Part shown: positions 15,666 to 25,802 of the stretch, piece by piece
Position numbering within the stretch: the first letter of the stretch is position 1
How the letters are laid out: the number at the start of each line of letters is the position of its first letter
Assembly: GCA_030018135.1 (NCBI GenBank)
Contig: JASEGJ010000013.1
Coordinates: 1-28,025, forward strand
Source: Candidatus Hodarchaeaceae archaeon
GTDB lineage: Archaea > Hadarchaeota > Hadarchaeia > Hadarchaeales > Hadarchaeaceae
DNA length: 28,025 nucleotides
Direction of reading: 5' to 3'
Translations under genes and position numbers: made by a program
Notes under the pieces: generated by a model
The model's input: the letters and a program-made list of their open reading frames with translations, nothing else
Told to the model about the DNA's origin: nothing
Database searches by the model: none

Positions 15666-16544
15666 GTGGAATTTGACGCCGTCGTCATCGGGCATGTCGC
15701 GATAGATGTCAACGTTTTGCCTTGGGGTGTGATCGAAAACGTCCTCGGCGGGGCGCCCACGTACGCGGGCCTCATGCTGGCAGCCTTGAGGAAAAATGTG
15801 GGGATTGTATCAAAGGTCGGCGCCGATTTCCCCGACAAATTTCCACCGCTGTACCGCAAGCTCGATTTAGACACTGAAGGAATTTTGGTGACCGGCGAGC
15901 ATACAACAACATTTGAAAACATCTACGATGAGGCCGGTTACCGCAAACAAGTGTGTAAGTATGTTGCGAAAAAAATATCCCCCGATGACATCCCGCGAGC
16001 GTACCATGATGCCCAAAGTTTCTACGTTTCACCGATCGCGGGCGAGATAACTGCAGACGTGTTGAAGTCGATCAAAAGAAAAACAAACACGGTGATGCTC
16101 GATCCGCAGGGGCTCCTTCGAAGGATCGATAGGGAGGGGAAAGTTGAGATAGGACCACGTGAGGATTTGGACGACTTCCTAAGACACGTCGACATCGTGA
16201 AAATTGGCAGGGACGAGGCCAAGGCGCTTGAAGGCGATGTGGGGGGCATTTTAGAGGACCTGCGGAGGATGGGGCCGAAAATCGCAATTCTGACCCAAGG
16301 GGAAAAGGGATGTGCAATGCTCTCGGAGGAAGGATTCAACAAGATCAAAAGCCTAAGGGTGGAGGCGAGAGACCTGACCGGCGCTGGCGATGTCTTCGGC
16401 GCCGCTTTCTTGGCAAGGTACATAGACACGCGAGATGCGGTTAAATCGGCGAAATTTGCGGCCGTTGCTGCTGGCCTGAAGATAAGGTACAGGGGGCCGA
16501 CAGGGTTCCCATCCGAAAAGGAGATCCTGAGCGCTATTGGCTAA
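15666..16544 (+). CDS. PfkB/ribokinase-family sugar kinase, candidate myo-inositol kinase
   Basis: GGAPTY, LDPQG and DLTGAGDVFGAAF motifs. Starts right after the ino1 stop; the substrate is inferred from context. Confidence 0.9.
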   Translation: MEFDAVVIGHVAIDVNVLPWGVIENVLGGAPTYAGLMLAALRKNVGIVSKVGADFPDKFPPLYRKLDLDTEGILVTGEHTTTFENIYDEAGYRKQVCKYVAKKISPDDIPRAYHDAQSFYVSPIAGEITADVLKSIKRKTNTVMLDPQGLLRRIDREGKVEIGPREDLDDFLRHVDIVKIGRDEAKALEGDVGGILEDLRRMGPKIAILTQGEKGCAMLSEEGFNKIKSLRVEARDLTGAGDVFGAAFLARYIDTRDAVKSAKFAAVAAGLKIRYRGPTGFPSEKEILSAIG

Positions 16545-16819
16545 TAACGGATGTCGAAGCTTTGAAACTCTCCCCTATAGCTTTCCCACGACACCTCGAC
16601 GCCTGCCACTTTGGCCCCCACTGGCCCCCTTCTGCAGAAGTCTATCATCCTTTCGACCATTTCCCTCTCGCCCTCGAAAACGGCCTCCACCCTACCGTCG
16701 GGCAAGTTCCTAACCCACCCCTTGACCCCTAGCCCATCCGCCCTGTCCCTTGTTTCGTATCTGAAGAAAACGCCCTGAACCCTCCCACTCACGTAAACGT
16801 GGGCTCTAACCTTGGGCAT
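16541..16819 (-). CDS. acyP: Acylphosphatase
   Basis: VSGRVQGVFFR and GWVRNLPDGRVE. Confidence 0.96.
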   Translation of the reverse strand: MPKVRAHVYVSGRVQGVFFRYETRDRADGLGVKGWVRNLPDGRVEAVFEGEREMVERMIDFCRRGPVGAKVAGVEVSWESYRGEFQSFDIRY

Positions 16820-16839
16820 CTCATCCCGCCTAATCGCCG

Positions 16840-18267
16840 CTAATAGGTTCGGGTGACAAGTATGTTAAGCTTGGCCCTCTTCGAACAAATCGGGCAAACG
16901 CCCGTCGCTGGCTTGCCGTCCAGCTCCTGACCTAAGATATCTCCGCCGGTCTTCTCCTCCAGCTCCAAGCCGCATTTCTCCTCCCCGCACCACGGCACGC
17001 GGACGATGCCGCCCCGCCTGTCCATCAACTGCTTTATGGTCCCAACGTCGGAAGCCTCGTGCGTCATCTCCTTAAAGAACTTCCAAGCTCGCTCGCGCAG
17101 GTCGCCGTCTATCGCCTCGAGTAACTCCCTAACTTTATTTCTGAGTGCCCGCCTTGGAATAGCTTGCCTCTCGCCGGTGTCGCGCCTAACGGCGGTCACC
17201 TGGTCCTTTTCGATGTCTTCCGGCCCGATCTCCAACCTGAGCGGCACACCGCGGCGCTCCCAATGGTAGAATTTTCGGCCGGGGCGCAGGTCGCGGTCGT
17301 CAAGGTGCGCTTTAATGCCCGCCGTCACCAATTCATTTGTCGCTGCGGCGGCGATCTGCTGAACGGGTGCCTCCTTGCTCTTAAATGGTATCGGTACGAC
17401 CACAACCTGGATAGGCGCCACCGTGGGCGGCATGCACAAACCAGCGTCATCGCCATGTACCATCATAACCGCGGCGATTACTCTCTCGGATATACCGTAG
17501 CACGTCTGATAAACGTACTCGTGTTTGCCATCGGGGGTTTCGAACTTAAGCTCGTAAACCTTTGCGAAATTCTGACCGAGATTGTGCGCGGTGCCGATCT
17601 GAAGCGTCCTGCCGTCAGGTGCGAGAGTGTCGAACGCAAGCGAGTACTTCGCGCCGGCGAAGGTGTCCCACGGCGGTCGCCTCGTGACAATGTACGGCAC
17701 GCCGAGTTCATCGAAGAAGCGCTTATAGATCTTAACGGCCTCGCGCACTTGGGCCTCGGCCTCGTCCCATGTGGCATGCGCGGTATGAGCCTCTTTAAAA
17801 GTCGTCACCTCCCGCAGGCGGATCATCGGCTTCGTCATCTTGGTTTCATAGCGGAAGATGTTGACTATCTGATAAACTCGAATTGGCAGGTCGGCGTGCG
17901 AACGGACCCAAAGTGCAAACATCGGATAAATCGAGGTCTCACTGGTTGGGCGCAACGCAAGTTTTACGTCCAGCTTGTCCAATCCGCCATGCGTTACCCA
18001 ATAGACTTCGCCCTCAAAACCACGGATGTGCTCGGCCTCCTTTTTGAAAATATCCTCGGGGATCAGCAACGGAAATAACACTTCTTGGTGACCGGTCTGC
18101 TCGAGTAGCTGACGTATGACCCCAAACACCTGGTTGCGCAACTTCAAGCCGTAGGGGAGCCAAACATAAAGGCCCTTCACGGGGTAGCGCGTGTCCATGA
18201 TGTCGGCACTACGGAGAATGCCGTTGAACCACTCGCTGAAGCTCTTTCGCCACCGCTCGCGCTTCAC
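16840..18267 (-). CDS. proS: Proline--tRNA ligase (archaeal/eukaryote-like)
   Basis: RYPVKG, LRPTSET, FRYETK, QIGTAHNLG and YGISER motifs, a C-terminal Zn-binding domain and terminal Tyr. Confidence 0.98.
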   Translation of the reverse strand: MKRERWRKSFSEWFNGILRSADIMDTRYPVKGLYVWLPYGLKLRNQVFGVIRQLLEQTGHQEVLFPLLIPEDIFKKEAEHIRGFEGEVYWVTHGGLDKLDVKLALRPTSETSIYPMFALWVRSHADLPIRVYQIVNIFRYETKMTKPMIRLREVTTFKEAHTAHATWDEAEAQVREAVKIYKRFFDELGVPYIVTRRPPWDTFAGAKYSLAFDTLAPDGRTLQIGTAHNLGQNFAKVYELKFETPDGKHEYVYQTCYGISERVIAAVMMVHGDDAGLCMPPTVAPIQVVVVPIPFKSKEAPVQQIAAAATNELVTAGIKAHLDDRDLRPGRKFYHWERRGVPLRLEIGPEDIEKDQVTAVRRDTGERQAIPRRALRNKVRELLEAIDGDLRERAWKFFKEMTHEASDVGTIKQLMDRRGGIVRVPWCGEEKCGLELEEKTGGDILGQELDGKPATGVCPICSKRAKLNILVTRTY

Positions 18268-18365
18268 CAGACCACCCGCAAATAGTCAACTTAGTATTAA
18301 CTTAAACGTTTGTCCTCTGCATAAAGCCTGATTAATTTTACCCAGTATTACTCGATTGTGGTCGA

Positions 18366-20057
18366 ATGGATAAAAGGAGAGCCCTAATGGTATCTGCTAT
18401 AGTGGCGATATTCTTGGTTGCACTTTTCATAAGGCTGCAAACGAACTTTAAGCAGAAACTTTTGCTTGGCATAGACTCACCCTACTACTTGCAAAGCACC
18501 GAATATCTGTTAAACAATTGGCCAAGTCTGCCTGACAAGGCCCCACCTTTGGTGTTCAACGTTCTGGCAGGACTCCATGTGCTCTCATCGCCATTCGACC
18601 TTTCGCTGATGACCTCGCTTAAGATAGGATCGGCGCTGGTCTCGGCCATAGTTGTGTTTGCCGTTTACTTCATGGTTATACAATTGACGAAAAATAGGGT
18701 CACAGCAGTAGTTGCGGCATTCCTCGTGGCGTTCACGCATGCAAATGTGAGGATATCCCAAGACCTTTGGAAGAATGCCTTGGCCGTGTCCCTAACGCCG
18801 CTGTCCGTGTTTTTCTTTTGGCGGGGAATGGAAACCGGCAAGAAAATCAACCTTTTAATGGCGGGGGTTTCATTCGGTGCCGTGGCGTTGACTCACGAGC
18901 TAACGGCAGGGGCGCTCGGCATCGCCTATCTATCCTATATCGGGTTTTTGATCGGGCGTCGGCAGCAACTGCCGTGGTTGGAAATTCAAGCGGTTGCGAT
19001 CACATTTCTTGTGGCAATGTGCACCGGCGGCATTTACTTTCTTGATAAACGTGGGAGCGCTCGTGGACGTTGGTCACGTTTCGCCATTTTTTGGGGAGGC
19101 ACTCCCGCATCAAATCGTGATTTATGGTGAACTCATTGGACCATTGATTTCGATCCTTGCGGCGGTGGGGGCCGTGGTAGCCCTCCAACGCAAAAAGGCC
19201 GCCGACATATTCCTGCTCGCATGGGGACTCAGTGCCCTGATTCTCGCCCAACCTTGGGTGTCGACCACATATCTTTGGCGGTTTGCCTTGCTACAGGGGA
19301 CCCGTTGGCGGTGTTGGCCTCGATCGGTACGGTCGATGGGATCGGCGCCTTTTTGAAGCGTTTTGAAAAACGACATCTCGCATTCCTAGGCCTAATTTCG
19401 GCGATCGTCGTCTACCAGGCACATAGCACCTACGTATATGCGATGAGGTTCCACCCAACTATTAGCGATCAGGAGTACGATGCCTTTGTGGAGCTTCATG
19501 GTCAACTTGGCGATGATGCCTGTCTGATCAGCGAATTCGGGCACTACTGGATCGATGCGGTGGGCATGAGAAACTTGAGAGATGAGCGAGCGCTACGCGT
19601 TTTACGGGCCCCAGATGACATTCGAGCTGCCACCAGCCTCTATTGGCTACAAGAGGAGGTCGGAGAAAATTTGTACGTGCATGTAAATCCCTTCGACCGC
19701 CGCATCGACCCGCAAAAATTTGAGAGCCCATTTTTCAAATCGATCTTCAGCAGACCATTCATGAAGATCTATGCTCTTCCCGAGAACTTTGAACCCCCAC
19801 GGGGTCTGAAACCGCCTTCTCCCCGTGAGCCTCCGAGACAGAATTATTTGGCCCTGCTGACATCGAATCCGCTCAGGGTATTTATCTTCCCCATCGACTT
19901 GGCAAATTGTTATCTGAGCGGATTTTGGTCCTCAGCCCTAAAATTTGTGCTAGCGGTGCCGTTCACGGTATTTTTATGGGTATTTATAGCTGGCTTATTT
20001 TACGAGAAGATCCGACCCCTGATCGTCGAGTTCCGACATAAGCTATTGAGTAAGTAG
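18366..20057 (+). pseudogene. GT-C-like multi-TM membrane protein, split by two compensating frameshifts (possibly sequencing errors)
   Basis: ALFIRL...GIDSPYY start typical of GT-C. ORFs 18366-19130, 18994-19356 and 19221-20057 join at ~19040 (+1) and ~19302 (-1) into ~563 aa. Confidence 0.7.
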
Positions 20058-21107
20058 TTCATGTCCATCTTTAGTTACGAGCACGATATCCTCCCAACGA
20101 GCCCCGCCCACACCTGGCGCATAAACCCCTGGCTCGACAGTTACGACCATCCCCCTCTGCAGCAAGTCACTAGATCCGGGCACCAAGTTTGGGGGTTCGT
20201 GAATGGCCAAGCCCAAGCCGTGCCCGGTGCCGTGCGAAAAGAATTTTTCAAGGCCCGCGCGGCAGACAACCTTCCGGGCCGCTCGGTCGACATCAGCGGC
20301 CGAAACTCCGTCGCGGATGCGATCGATTGCGGCCGACTGCGCCCGTTTAGCCGCGTTCATCAACTTGAGCTGTCTTCGGGTTGGCCCGATGGAGAATGTC
20401 TTGGTCATGTCGGAGGCATAGCCTTCATAGGTCGCCCCGAGGTCGACGATTATTAGTTCCCCTCGCCTAAAGCGCTTGCGCGTGGCGGTGGCGTGGGGCA
20501 ACCAAGAATTTCTGCCAGATGCCACGATGGTACTAAACGGCGTGCCGCCCGAGCCCTGTTTACGCATGATATACTCAACCTCCGCTGCCACCTCAAGCTC
20601 GCTTCGTCCCTCCTCAATGAGTTCCGCCGCCCGCTGCATGCCCTCCATCGCAAGCGCGGCCGATCTGCGCAACCACGCGATCTCCTGCTTGGACTTGATT
20701 TTGCGCATGTTCACAACCAGCTCGGGCAATTCCTGGTAATCTGCCTCGTACGCGCCGCGCAATTTTCGCAGAAATTCAGAGCTCATGCCATCGAATCCAA
20801 TCCGCCGCGCGCCCAGCTCCCGCAGACAATCTGCCAAAACTTGCCAAAGCTCACAAAATTTTACCCGCTCGCCGCGGCGTAGGGGTACCTCGTATGGGAA
20901 ATAAGCTCGGATGTCGCGAAATGCGCTTTCACGTCTCGCCCTGTCGAACTCAAGCCGCTTGCATATCAAAATTGGCTCCTGCTCTGAAATTATTGTGGCA
21001 GTGACTGCCGAGGTGCCCGATAGATAGCGTGCATTTTGAATCGCCACGTAAGCTTCAAGCTCTCTGGCCGCCAGTTCCGCCCTTAACTTGCGAATGCGCG
21101 CTCGCAA
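20043..21107 (-). CDS. Xaa-Pro aminopeptidase/prolidase (M24B)
   Basis: PHA, VDLG...YASDMT, HGTGHGLGLAIHE, TVEPG and RWED motifs. Confidence 0.95.
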   Translation of the reverse strand: MRARIRKLRAELAARELEAYVAIQNARYLSGTSAVTATIISEQEPILICKRLEFDRARRESAFRDIRAYFPYEVPLRRGERVKFCELWQVLADCLRELGARRIGFDGMSSEFLRKLRGAYEADYQELPELVVNMRKIKSKQEIAWLRRSAALAMEGMQRAAELIEEGRSELEVAAEVEYIMRKQGSGGTPFSTIVASGRNSWLPHATATRKRFRRGELIIVDLGATYEGYASDMTKTFSIGPTRRQLKLMNAAKRAQSAAIDRIRDGVSAADVDRAARKVVCRAGLEKFFSHGTGHGLGLAIHEPPNLVPGSSDLLQRGMVVTVEPGVYAPGVGGARWEDIVLVTKDGHELLTQ

Positions 21108-21167
21108 CGCACTCCCACTCGAGCTTGGGGCACGAGGTTAAAAGCATTTGTCGCGGAGGATGTAGCG

Positions 21168-21707
21168 ATGCCCCTCCACAAACCCGAACTCAAGCGTCGC
21201 TACGACCTGACCGCATACATGTACGACCAACGCTACGGGGAAATTCAACGGAAAAAATACCAAGTTCTAGCGAAAAACCTCCCGCGCGCGAACCGCGCGC
21301 TGGATGTCGGCTGCGGCACGGGCATGTTTTTGAGCTTGCTCTCGCAAAAGGCCAAATTCATCGTGGGTATCGATATGTCCGCCGAGATGCTACAAATAGC
21401 AAGAAAGCGGGCGGCCGGGGCGGCCCTCGTACAAGCGGATGCCGATAACCTGCCATTTGCTGATGGGAGCTTTGATGTAATTGTCTCGGTAACCTTGCTT
21501 CAAAATATGCCAGACCCCGCTTTCACCGTGCGCGAGTTCGCTCGCGTGCTCCGCCCCGCGGGGATCGCGATGATGACAAGCCTTAAACATAAACACTCAC
21601 CCCAACAATTAATGGCTTGGACAACTGCTGCAAATTTAAAACCATTAAAAGCTTGGGAAATGCAAAATGGGGAGGATGTTATTTGCATCGCGAGGCGGGA
21701 GGGGTGA
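21168..21707 (+). CDS. Class I SAM-dependent methyltransferase
   Basis: LDVGCGTG, GIDMS and ADADNLPFADGSFD. Confidence 0.92.
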   Translation: MPLHKPELKRRYDLTAYMYDQRYGEIQRKKYQVLAKNLPRANRALDVGCGTGMFLSLLSQKAKFIVGIDMSAEMLQIARKRAAGAALVQADADNLPFADGSFDVIVSVTLLQNMPDPAFTVREFARVLRPAGIAMMTSLKHKHSPQQLMAWTTAANLKPLKAWEMQNGEDVICIARREG

Positions 21708-21711
21708 TATC

Positions 21712-22281
21712 TTGGGGGTTGCTGTTCTCGTCATAGATATGATCAACGATTTCGTGAGCGGGATGTTGAAAAGCAGTCGAGCAAAGGGAGTAGTCCCAAA
21801 CATTCAGAAGTTGCTCGAATTCGCGAGATCGAGAAAAATTCCTGTAGTTTATACCTGCGATTCTCACCAAAGTACCGATGCGGAGTTTGAACTCTGGGGC
21901 CCTCACGCAATTGCTGGGAGCAGGGGAGCGGAGGTGGTATCGGAACTCAAGCCCAAGAAAGGCGACCACATCGTCAAAAAGGGCAAATACAGCGCCTTTT
22001 TCGGCACCGACCTAGACCAGCTCCTGCGAGATCTGGATGTTACAAGGTTGGTGCTGGTCGGCGTATCCACGGATGTGTGCGTCCAAAATACCGCTGCGGA
22101 CGCTTTTTATAGGGGGTATGAAATCGTCGTACCCCGAGATTGCGTCGACGCGTTCACCGAAGAGGGACACAGGAGAGCGCTCGAGTATATGGGAAAAGTT
22201 TATGGGGCGAAGGTGACAACCAGCGATGAACTTATAAAAAACTTGAGGCGTGAGCATGCGGTTATTCCATGTAGCTTCTGA
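21712..22281 (+). CDS. pncA: Isochorismatase-family cysteine hydrolase, probably nicotinamidase
   Basis: VIDMINDF, DSH...WGPHA, KGKYSAF and TDVCV motifs. GGTGA RBS precedes TTG 21712, and the gene overlaps pncB. Confidence 0.85.
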   Translation: MGVAVLVIDMINDFVSGMLKSSRAKGVVPNIQKLLEFARSRKIPVVYTCDSHQSTDAEFELWGPHAIAGSRGAEVVSELKPKKGDHIVKKGKYSAFFGTDLDQLLRDLDVTRLVLVGVSTDVCVQNTAADAFYRGYEIVVPRDCVDAFTEEGHRRALEYMGKVYGAKVTTSDELIKNLRREHAVIPCSF

Positions 22282-23440
22282 AGATGAAATAAAAAAGGGC
22301 GAGACGACCGATGTCTACTTTGTAAGGACTAAACAGGTCCTAGAAGCTAAGGGGCTCGATAAGGTTAAGGTCGTCGCGGAGGTTACCTCGGGCAAACTAC
22401 CGGAGAACTGGGAGTGGGGAGTACTGTGCGGGGTCGAAGAGGTCGCTAGGCTATTCGAGGGGTGTCCCGTCGACATCCACGCGATGCCTGAGGGCAGCGT
22501 GTTTCGCCCCTTCGACTATCATGGCGCCAGGGTCCCGCTGATAAACATAGAAGGCGCTTACGCGGACTTCTGCACGTTGGAAACGCCGTTGCTGGGGCTC
22601 ATCTGCCAAGCCTCTGGGGCCGCGACGATGGCTGCAAGGATCCGAAGGGCGGCCGGCGATAAACTCCTGATGGCATTCGGCATACGGAGGATGCACCCGG
22701 CGCTGTCCCCGATGCTCGACCGCGCAGCTTACATCGGCGGCTTCGACGGCGTCTCAAGCCTGAGCGGCGCCGAGGCAATAGGTAAGGAACCGATGGGTAC
22801 GATGCCCCACTCGCTCATCATCTTGTTCGGCGACCAAGTTAAGGCATGGAAGGCCTTCGACGAGGTCATGGCAAAGGGTGTGCCGCGGATAGCACTCGTC
22901 GACACATATTTTGATGAAAAGGCGGAGTCGATCATGGCCGCCGAGGCGTTAAAGAGCAGGTTGCAGGGTGTGAGGCTAGATACGCCCGGCTCGAGGAAGG
23001 GAAACTTTGCCGAGTTGATCCGCGAGGTTCGCTGGGAGCTGGATGCCCGAGGATACAACCATGTTAAAATTATGGTCTCGGGCGGCTTGAATGATGAAAA
23101 TATTGGGGAGTTAGCTAGAGCCGGAGCCGATGGCTTCGGCGTCGGGACTTCTATCAGCAATGCCCCTACGATAGATTTCGCCATGGACATCGTGGAGGTC
23201 GAGGGCAGGCCCGCCGCGAAAAGGGGCAAACTCGGAGGGCGAAAACAGGTGTGGCGATGTCCTCGATGTTTGACGGATGTAGTTCGGCTGGCAACCGAGC
23301 CGCCGTCAAAATGTCCGAGCTGCGGGGGCAAGACGGAGGCCTCTTTGAAGCTACTCGTCAAAAACGGAAAACTTGAAAAACTTCCCTCGGTTGACCAAAT
23401 TCGAAGACACGTTCTGGTGCAATTGAAAAAGATCTCCTGA
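22256..23440 (+). CDS. pncB: Nicotinate phosphoribosyltransferase with C-terminal Zn ribbon
   Basis: TDVYF, FGIRR.HP, GTMPHS, VRLDTP, SGGL, FGVGT and CPRC...CPSC motifs. Confidence 0.95.
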   Translation: MRLFHVASEDEIKKGETTDVYFVRTKQVLEAKGLDKVKVVAEVTSGKLPENWEWGVLCGVEEVARLFEGCPVDIHAMPEGSVFRPFDYHGARVPLINIEGAYADFCTLETPLLGLICQASGAATMAARIRRAAGDKLLMAFGIRRMHPALSPMLDRAAYIGGFDGVSSLSGAEAIGKEPMGTMPHSLIILFGDQVKAWKAFDEVMAKGVPRIALVDTYFDEKAESIMAAEALKSRLQGVRLDTPGSRKGNFAELIREVRWELDARGYNHVKIMVSGGLNDENIGELARAGADGFGVGTSISNAPTIDFAMDIVEVEGRPAAKRGKLGGRKQVWRCPRCLTDVVRLATEPPSKCPSCGGKTEASLKLLVKNGKLEKLPSVDQIRRHVLVQLKKIS

Positions 23441-23466
23441 TTTTAGCGGGAGCTTAGCGGAGGGGC

Positions 23467-23955
23467 GTGAAAGTGAAATTCAAGAAAGTCGCGGTTGGTG
23501 GGACGTTTGACTACCTGCACGATGGCCATGTGGCGATCCTATCAAAAGCATTCGAGCTGGGTGAGCGCGTGATCGTCGGCATAGCATCAGACGAAATGGA
23601 GCTCATCAAGGATTCCGCGGGGGTTCAGCCCTTAGAGACCCGCGAACATGCGCTCATGGGACTATTGCGCTCCACCGGTTGGCTCGAACGTGCCGAAGTT
23701 TGCGTCATCTCAGACCCATTTGGGCCAGCGATTAGCGATGTTGAACTCGATGCAATTGTCGTTAGCCCGGAAACGAGACCGAGGGCCGAGGAGCTCAACA
23801 AGCTCAGGATTTCTAAAGGGTTGGCGCCGCTCCACATAGTCGAAATCCCATTTGTCTTAGCAGAAGACGGAACGCCGATATCATCGATAAGGATCCGCTA
23901 CGGGGAAATGGATGTCCACGGCAAGTTGCTGAAGCGTCGAAATTTACTGGGATAA
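23467..23955 (+). CDS. coaD: Phosphopantetheine adenylyltransferase (archaeal type)
   Basis: VGGTFDYLHDGH, DPFGP, AIVVSPET and ISSIRIR motifs. Confidence 0.93.
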   Translation: MKVKFKKVAVGGTFDYLHDGHVAILSKAFELGERVIVGIASDEMELIKDSAGVQPLETREHALMGLLRSTGWLERAEVCVISDPFGPAISDVELDAIVVSPETRPRAEELNKLRISKGLAPLHIVEIPFVLAEDGTPISSIRIRYGEMDVHGKLLKRRNLLG

Positions 23956-24033
23956 TCTTAACAACCCTTTTAAGTCTGCCTGCAATGGCTCAAAGCACGC
24001 GCCTTATCTTACGGGTTGTAGATGTCCCGCACT

Positions 24034-24210
24034 CTATTCGAAGGTTATGGCGCCCCTAGGACATGCGACCTCGCATGCCCTGCACTCTATACACGCATCG
24101 GCGTTTACGACGGCCGCCTTCCCGCCCTTAAGGGCCAAGACGCTCGCTGGGCAGACCTCGACGCAAGCGCCGCAGCCATCGCAGAGCTTCGCGTTTATCT
24201 TCGGCGGCAT
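24034..24210 (-). CDS. 2[4Fe-4S] ferredoxin (58 aa; missing from the ORF track)
   Basis: MPPKINAKLCDGCGACVEVCP...ACIECRACEVACPRGAITFE contains two CxxCxxCxxxCP motifs. The ATG directly follows the rps17e stop. Confidence 0.95.
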   Translation of the reverse strand: MPPKINAKLCDGCGACVEVCPASVLALKGGKAAVVNADACIECRACEVACPRGAITFE

Positions 24211-24408
24211 TCACCCTCCCCTCCCCTGTTGTTTCAGCAGCGCGGTTATATAACCAGCTACCCTGTTCTTGAGCGGCTTGCTCTCCACGCGCGCGAGCTT
24301 TTCGAGCGCTTGGCAGTTGTGCTCGAAATTCGTTGAAAAAATGTCTGGATATCGCTCAAGCAATTGCTTAGCTGCACGCTTTACATACGTCGGACGTATC
24401 CTGCCCAT
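24211..24408 (-). CDS. rps17e: 30S ribosomal protein S17e (eS17)
   Basis: MGRIRPTYVKR...F.HN...SKPLKNRVAGYIT. Confidence 0.97.
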   Translation of the reverse strand: MGRIRPTYVKRAAKQLLERYPDIFSTNFEHNCQALEKLARVESKPLKNRVAGYITALLKQQGRGG

Positions 24409-24445
24409 ACGCTGCCCCCGCCCGCTGGGCTTTAGCGTATGGCTC

Positions 24446-24458
24446 TATAAAGGTTTTC
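24446..24458 (-). promoter_or_regulatory. BRE-TATA promoter for rps17e-ferredoxin
   Basis: GAAAACC-TTTATA on the minus strand about 40 nt upstream of the ATG. Confidence 0.6.
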
Positions 24459-24466
24459 GAGTTACT

Positions 24467-25798
24467 TTACTCGACGATCTCCGCTATGCGCAATGCCATG
24501 TCTGCTACCTCGGGTGCGGAACGGCCAAGCAATCTCACCATCGGCTCCTTGCCCAGCCCGCCGCGGTCGAAAATTACGTCCGGCACTTTACCCATCTTTT
24601 TTATCGCTTGCTCGGTGCCCCAGACCATGGTTTTGACGCCGGGTGGCTCCCTACTGCGATCAAACTCGGCCATGCCAAGTCCTAACCTACGACATGCGCG
24701 TAAAACCTCCTCGGAAAAACGGATGTTAAGACCCGCCCGAATTCCGGGATTGTAGCGTAGCGCGGCAAGTATAATGTTAGCGATGTGCTCGGAGCCGCCC
24801 AGCGCTGGAAAACCGGTCAAGTGCGGACGACCGCCCACGCGGACGATGCGGCCAGATAGCCCAACGACCTCCGATGTGCTTTTCGCTCCCGGCAGAGCCA
24901 CCGCGAGGTTTGACCCGACCTCCGGCAGGAGCTTCGCAAACCTTGGCTCGGCCGCAAGCGACCGCGCGGCCGCCCAGACCTCCTCGATCGCGCGCGCCTT
25001 TTCGGCATCAAAAAATAGCGCTGCCATGGGGTTGACGGGCTTAACGCCCTTTCCCACATCCAACCTGCCCTCGATCGCGCGCGCGATGAATCTTCTGGCC
25101 CTCTCGATGGCCTCACGAATGCCCGCCCCCTTCGCCAGCTCGGCCGTTATGGCTGCGGAAAAGGAGCACCCGGTGCCGTGCGTCGGTCCGCTTGGTACCC
25201 TCGGCCCCCTGAACTCCTGGAACTTCCTTCGGTTTAAGTAAAGGATATCAACGACCTCGCTTCCCGGAAGGTGCCCTCCCTTAACTAAAACAGCCTTCGG
25301 ACCGAGTTTTGCTATCCTGCGCGCCGCCTTTTTCATGTCGGCTTTAGATCCAATTTTGATGCCCGAGAGCCTCTCCGCCTCCGCCACGTTTGGCGTCACG
25401 AGTTCCGCACGTTTGAACAATTTTATCAGCGACTCAAATGCATCGTCTCGTAAAAGCGGCGCACCGGTCGCCGCGACCATAACCGGATCGATGACAACGC
25501 GGATGTCATATTTCTTGACGCACGCTTCGACAGCCCGAACGATCGCCGCATTGCTCAGCATGCCAGTCTTAGCCCATTCGACGTCGAAGTCTCGCATGAG
25601 GGTGTCGAGTTGTTGCGTCACGAACTCCGGCGGTAGTTCGAATATAGCATCTACGCCGCGGGTATTTTGTGCAGTCACCGCTGTTACAACGCACAGCCCA
25701 TGCACGCCTAGCGCGGCGAATGTCTTCAAATCGGATTGGATCCCAGCTCCACCGCCTGAATCGGAGCCCGCGATCGTCAACGCACATGGAAGCCTCAT
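24467..25798 (-). CDS. thiD: Bifunctional HMP/HMP-P kinase fused to ThiN thiamine-phosphate synthase
   Basis: [24 protein letters not shown] and HGTGC motifs, then a C-terminal ThiN domain (PEVGSNL, GGSEH, GKEPM). Confidence 0.95.
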   Translation of the reverse strand: MRLPCALTIAGSDSGGGAGIQSDLKTFAALGVHGLCVVTAVTAQNTRGVDAIFELPPEFVTQQLDTLMRDFDVEWAKTGMLSNAAIVRAVEACVKKYDIRVVIDPVMVAATGAPLLRDDAFESLIKLFKRAELVTPNVAEAERLSGIKIGSKADMKKAARRIAKLGPKAVLVKGGHLPGSEVVDILYLNRRKFQEFRGPRVPSGPTHGTGCSFSAAITAELAKGAGIREAIERARRFIARAIEGRLDVGKGVKPVNPMAALFFDAEKARAIEEVWAAARSLAAEPRFAKLLPEVGSNLAVALPGAKSTSEVVGLSGRIVRVGGRPHLTGFPALGGSEHIANIILAALRYNPGIRAGLNIRFSEEVLRACRRLGLGMAEFDRSREPPGVKTMVWGTEQAIKKMGKVPDVIFDRGGLGKEPMVRLLGRSAPEVADMALRIAEIVE

Positions 25799-25802
25799 GT
25801 AC

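Noticed and set aside
21168-23955. Methyltransferase-pncA-pncB-coaD as a novel pathway
   Set aside because: Ordinary NAD salvage and CoA genes; nothing in the sequence links the methyltransferase to them functionally.
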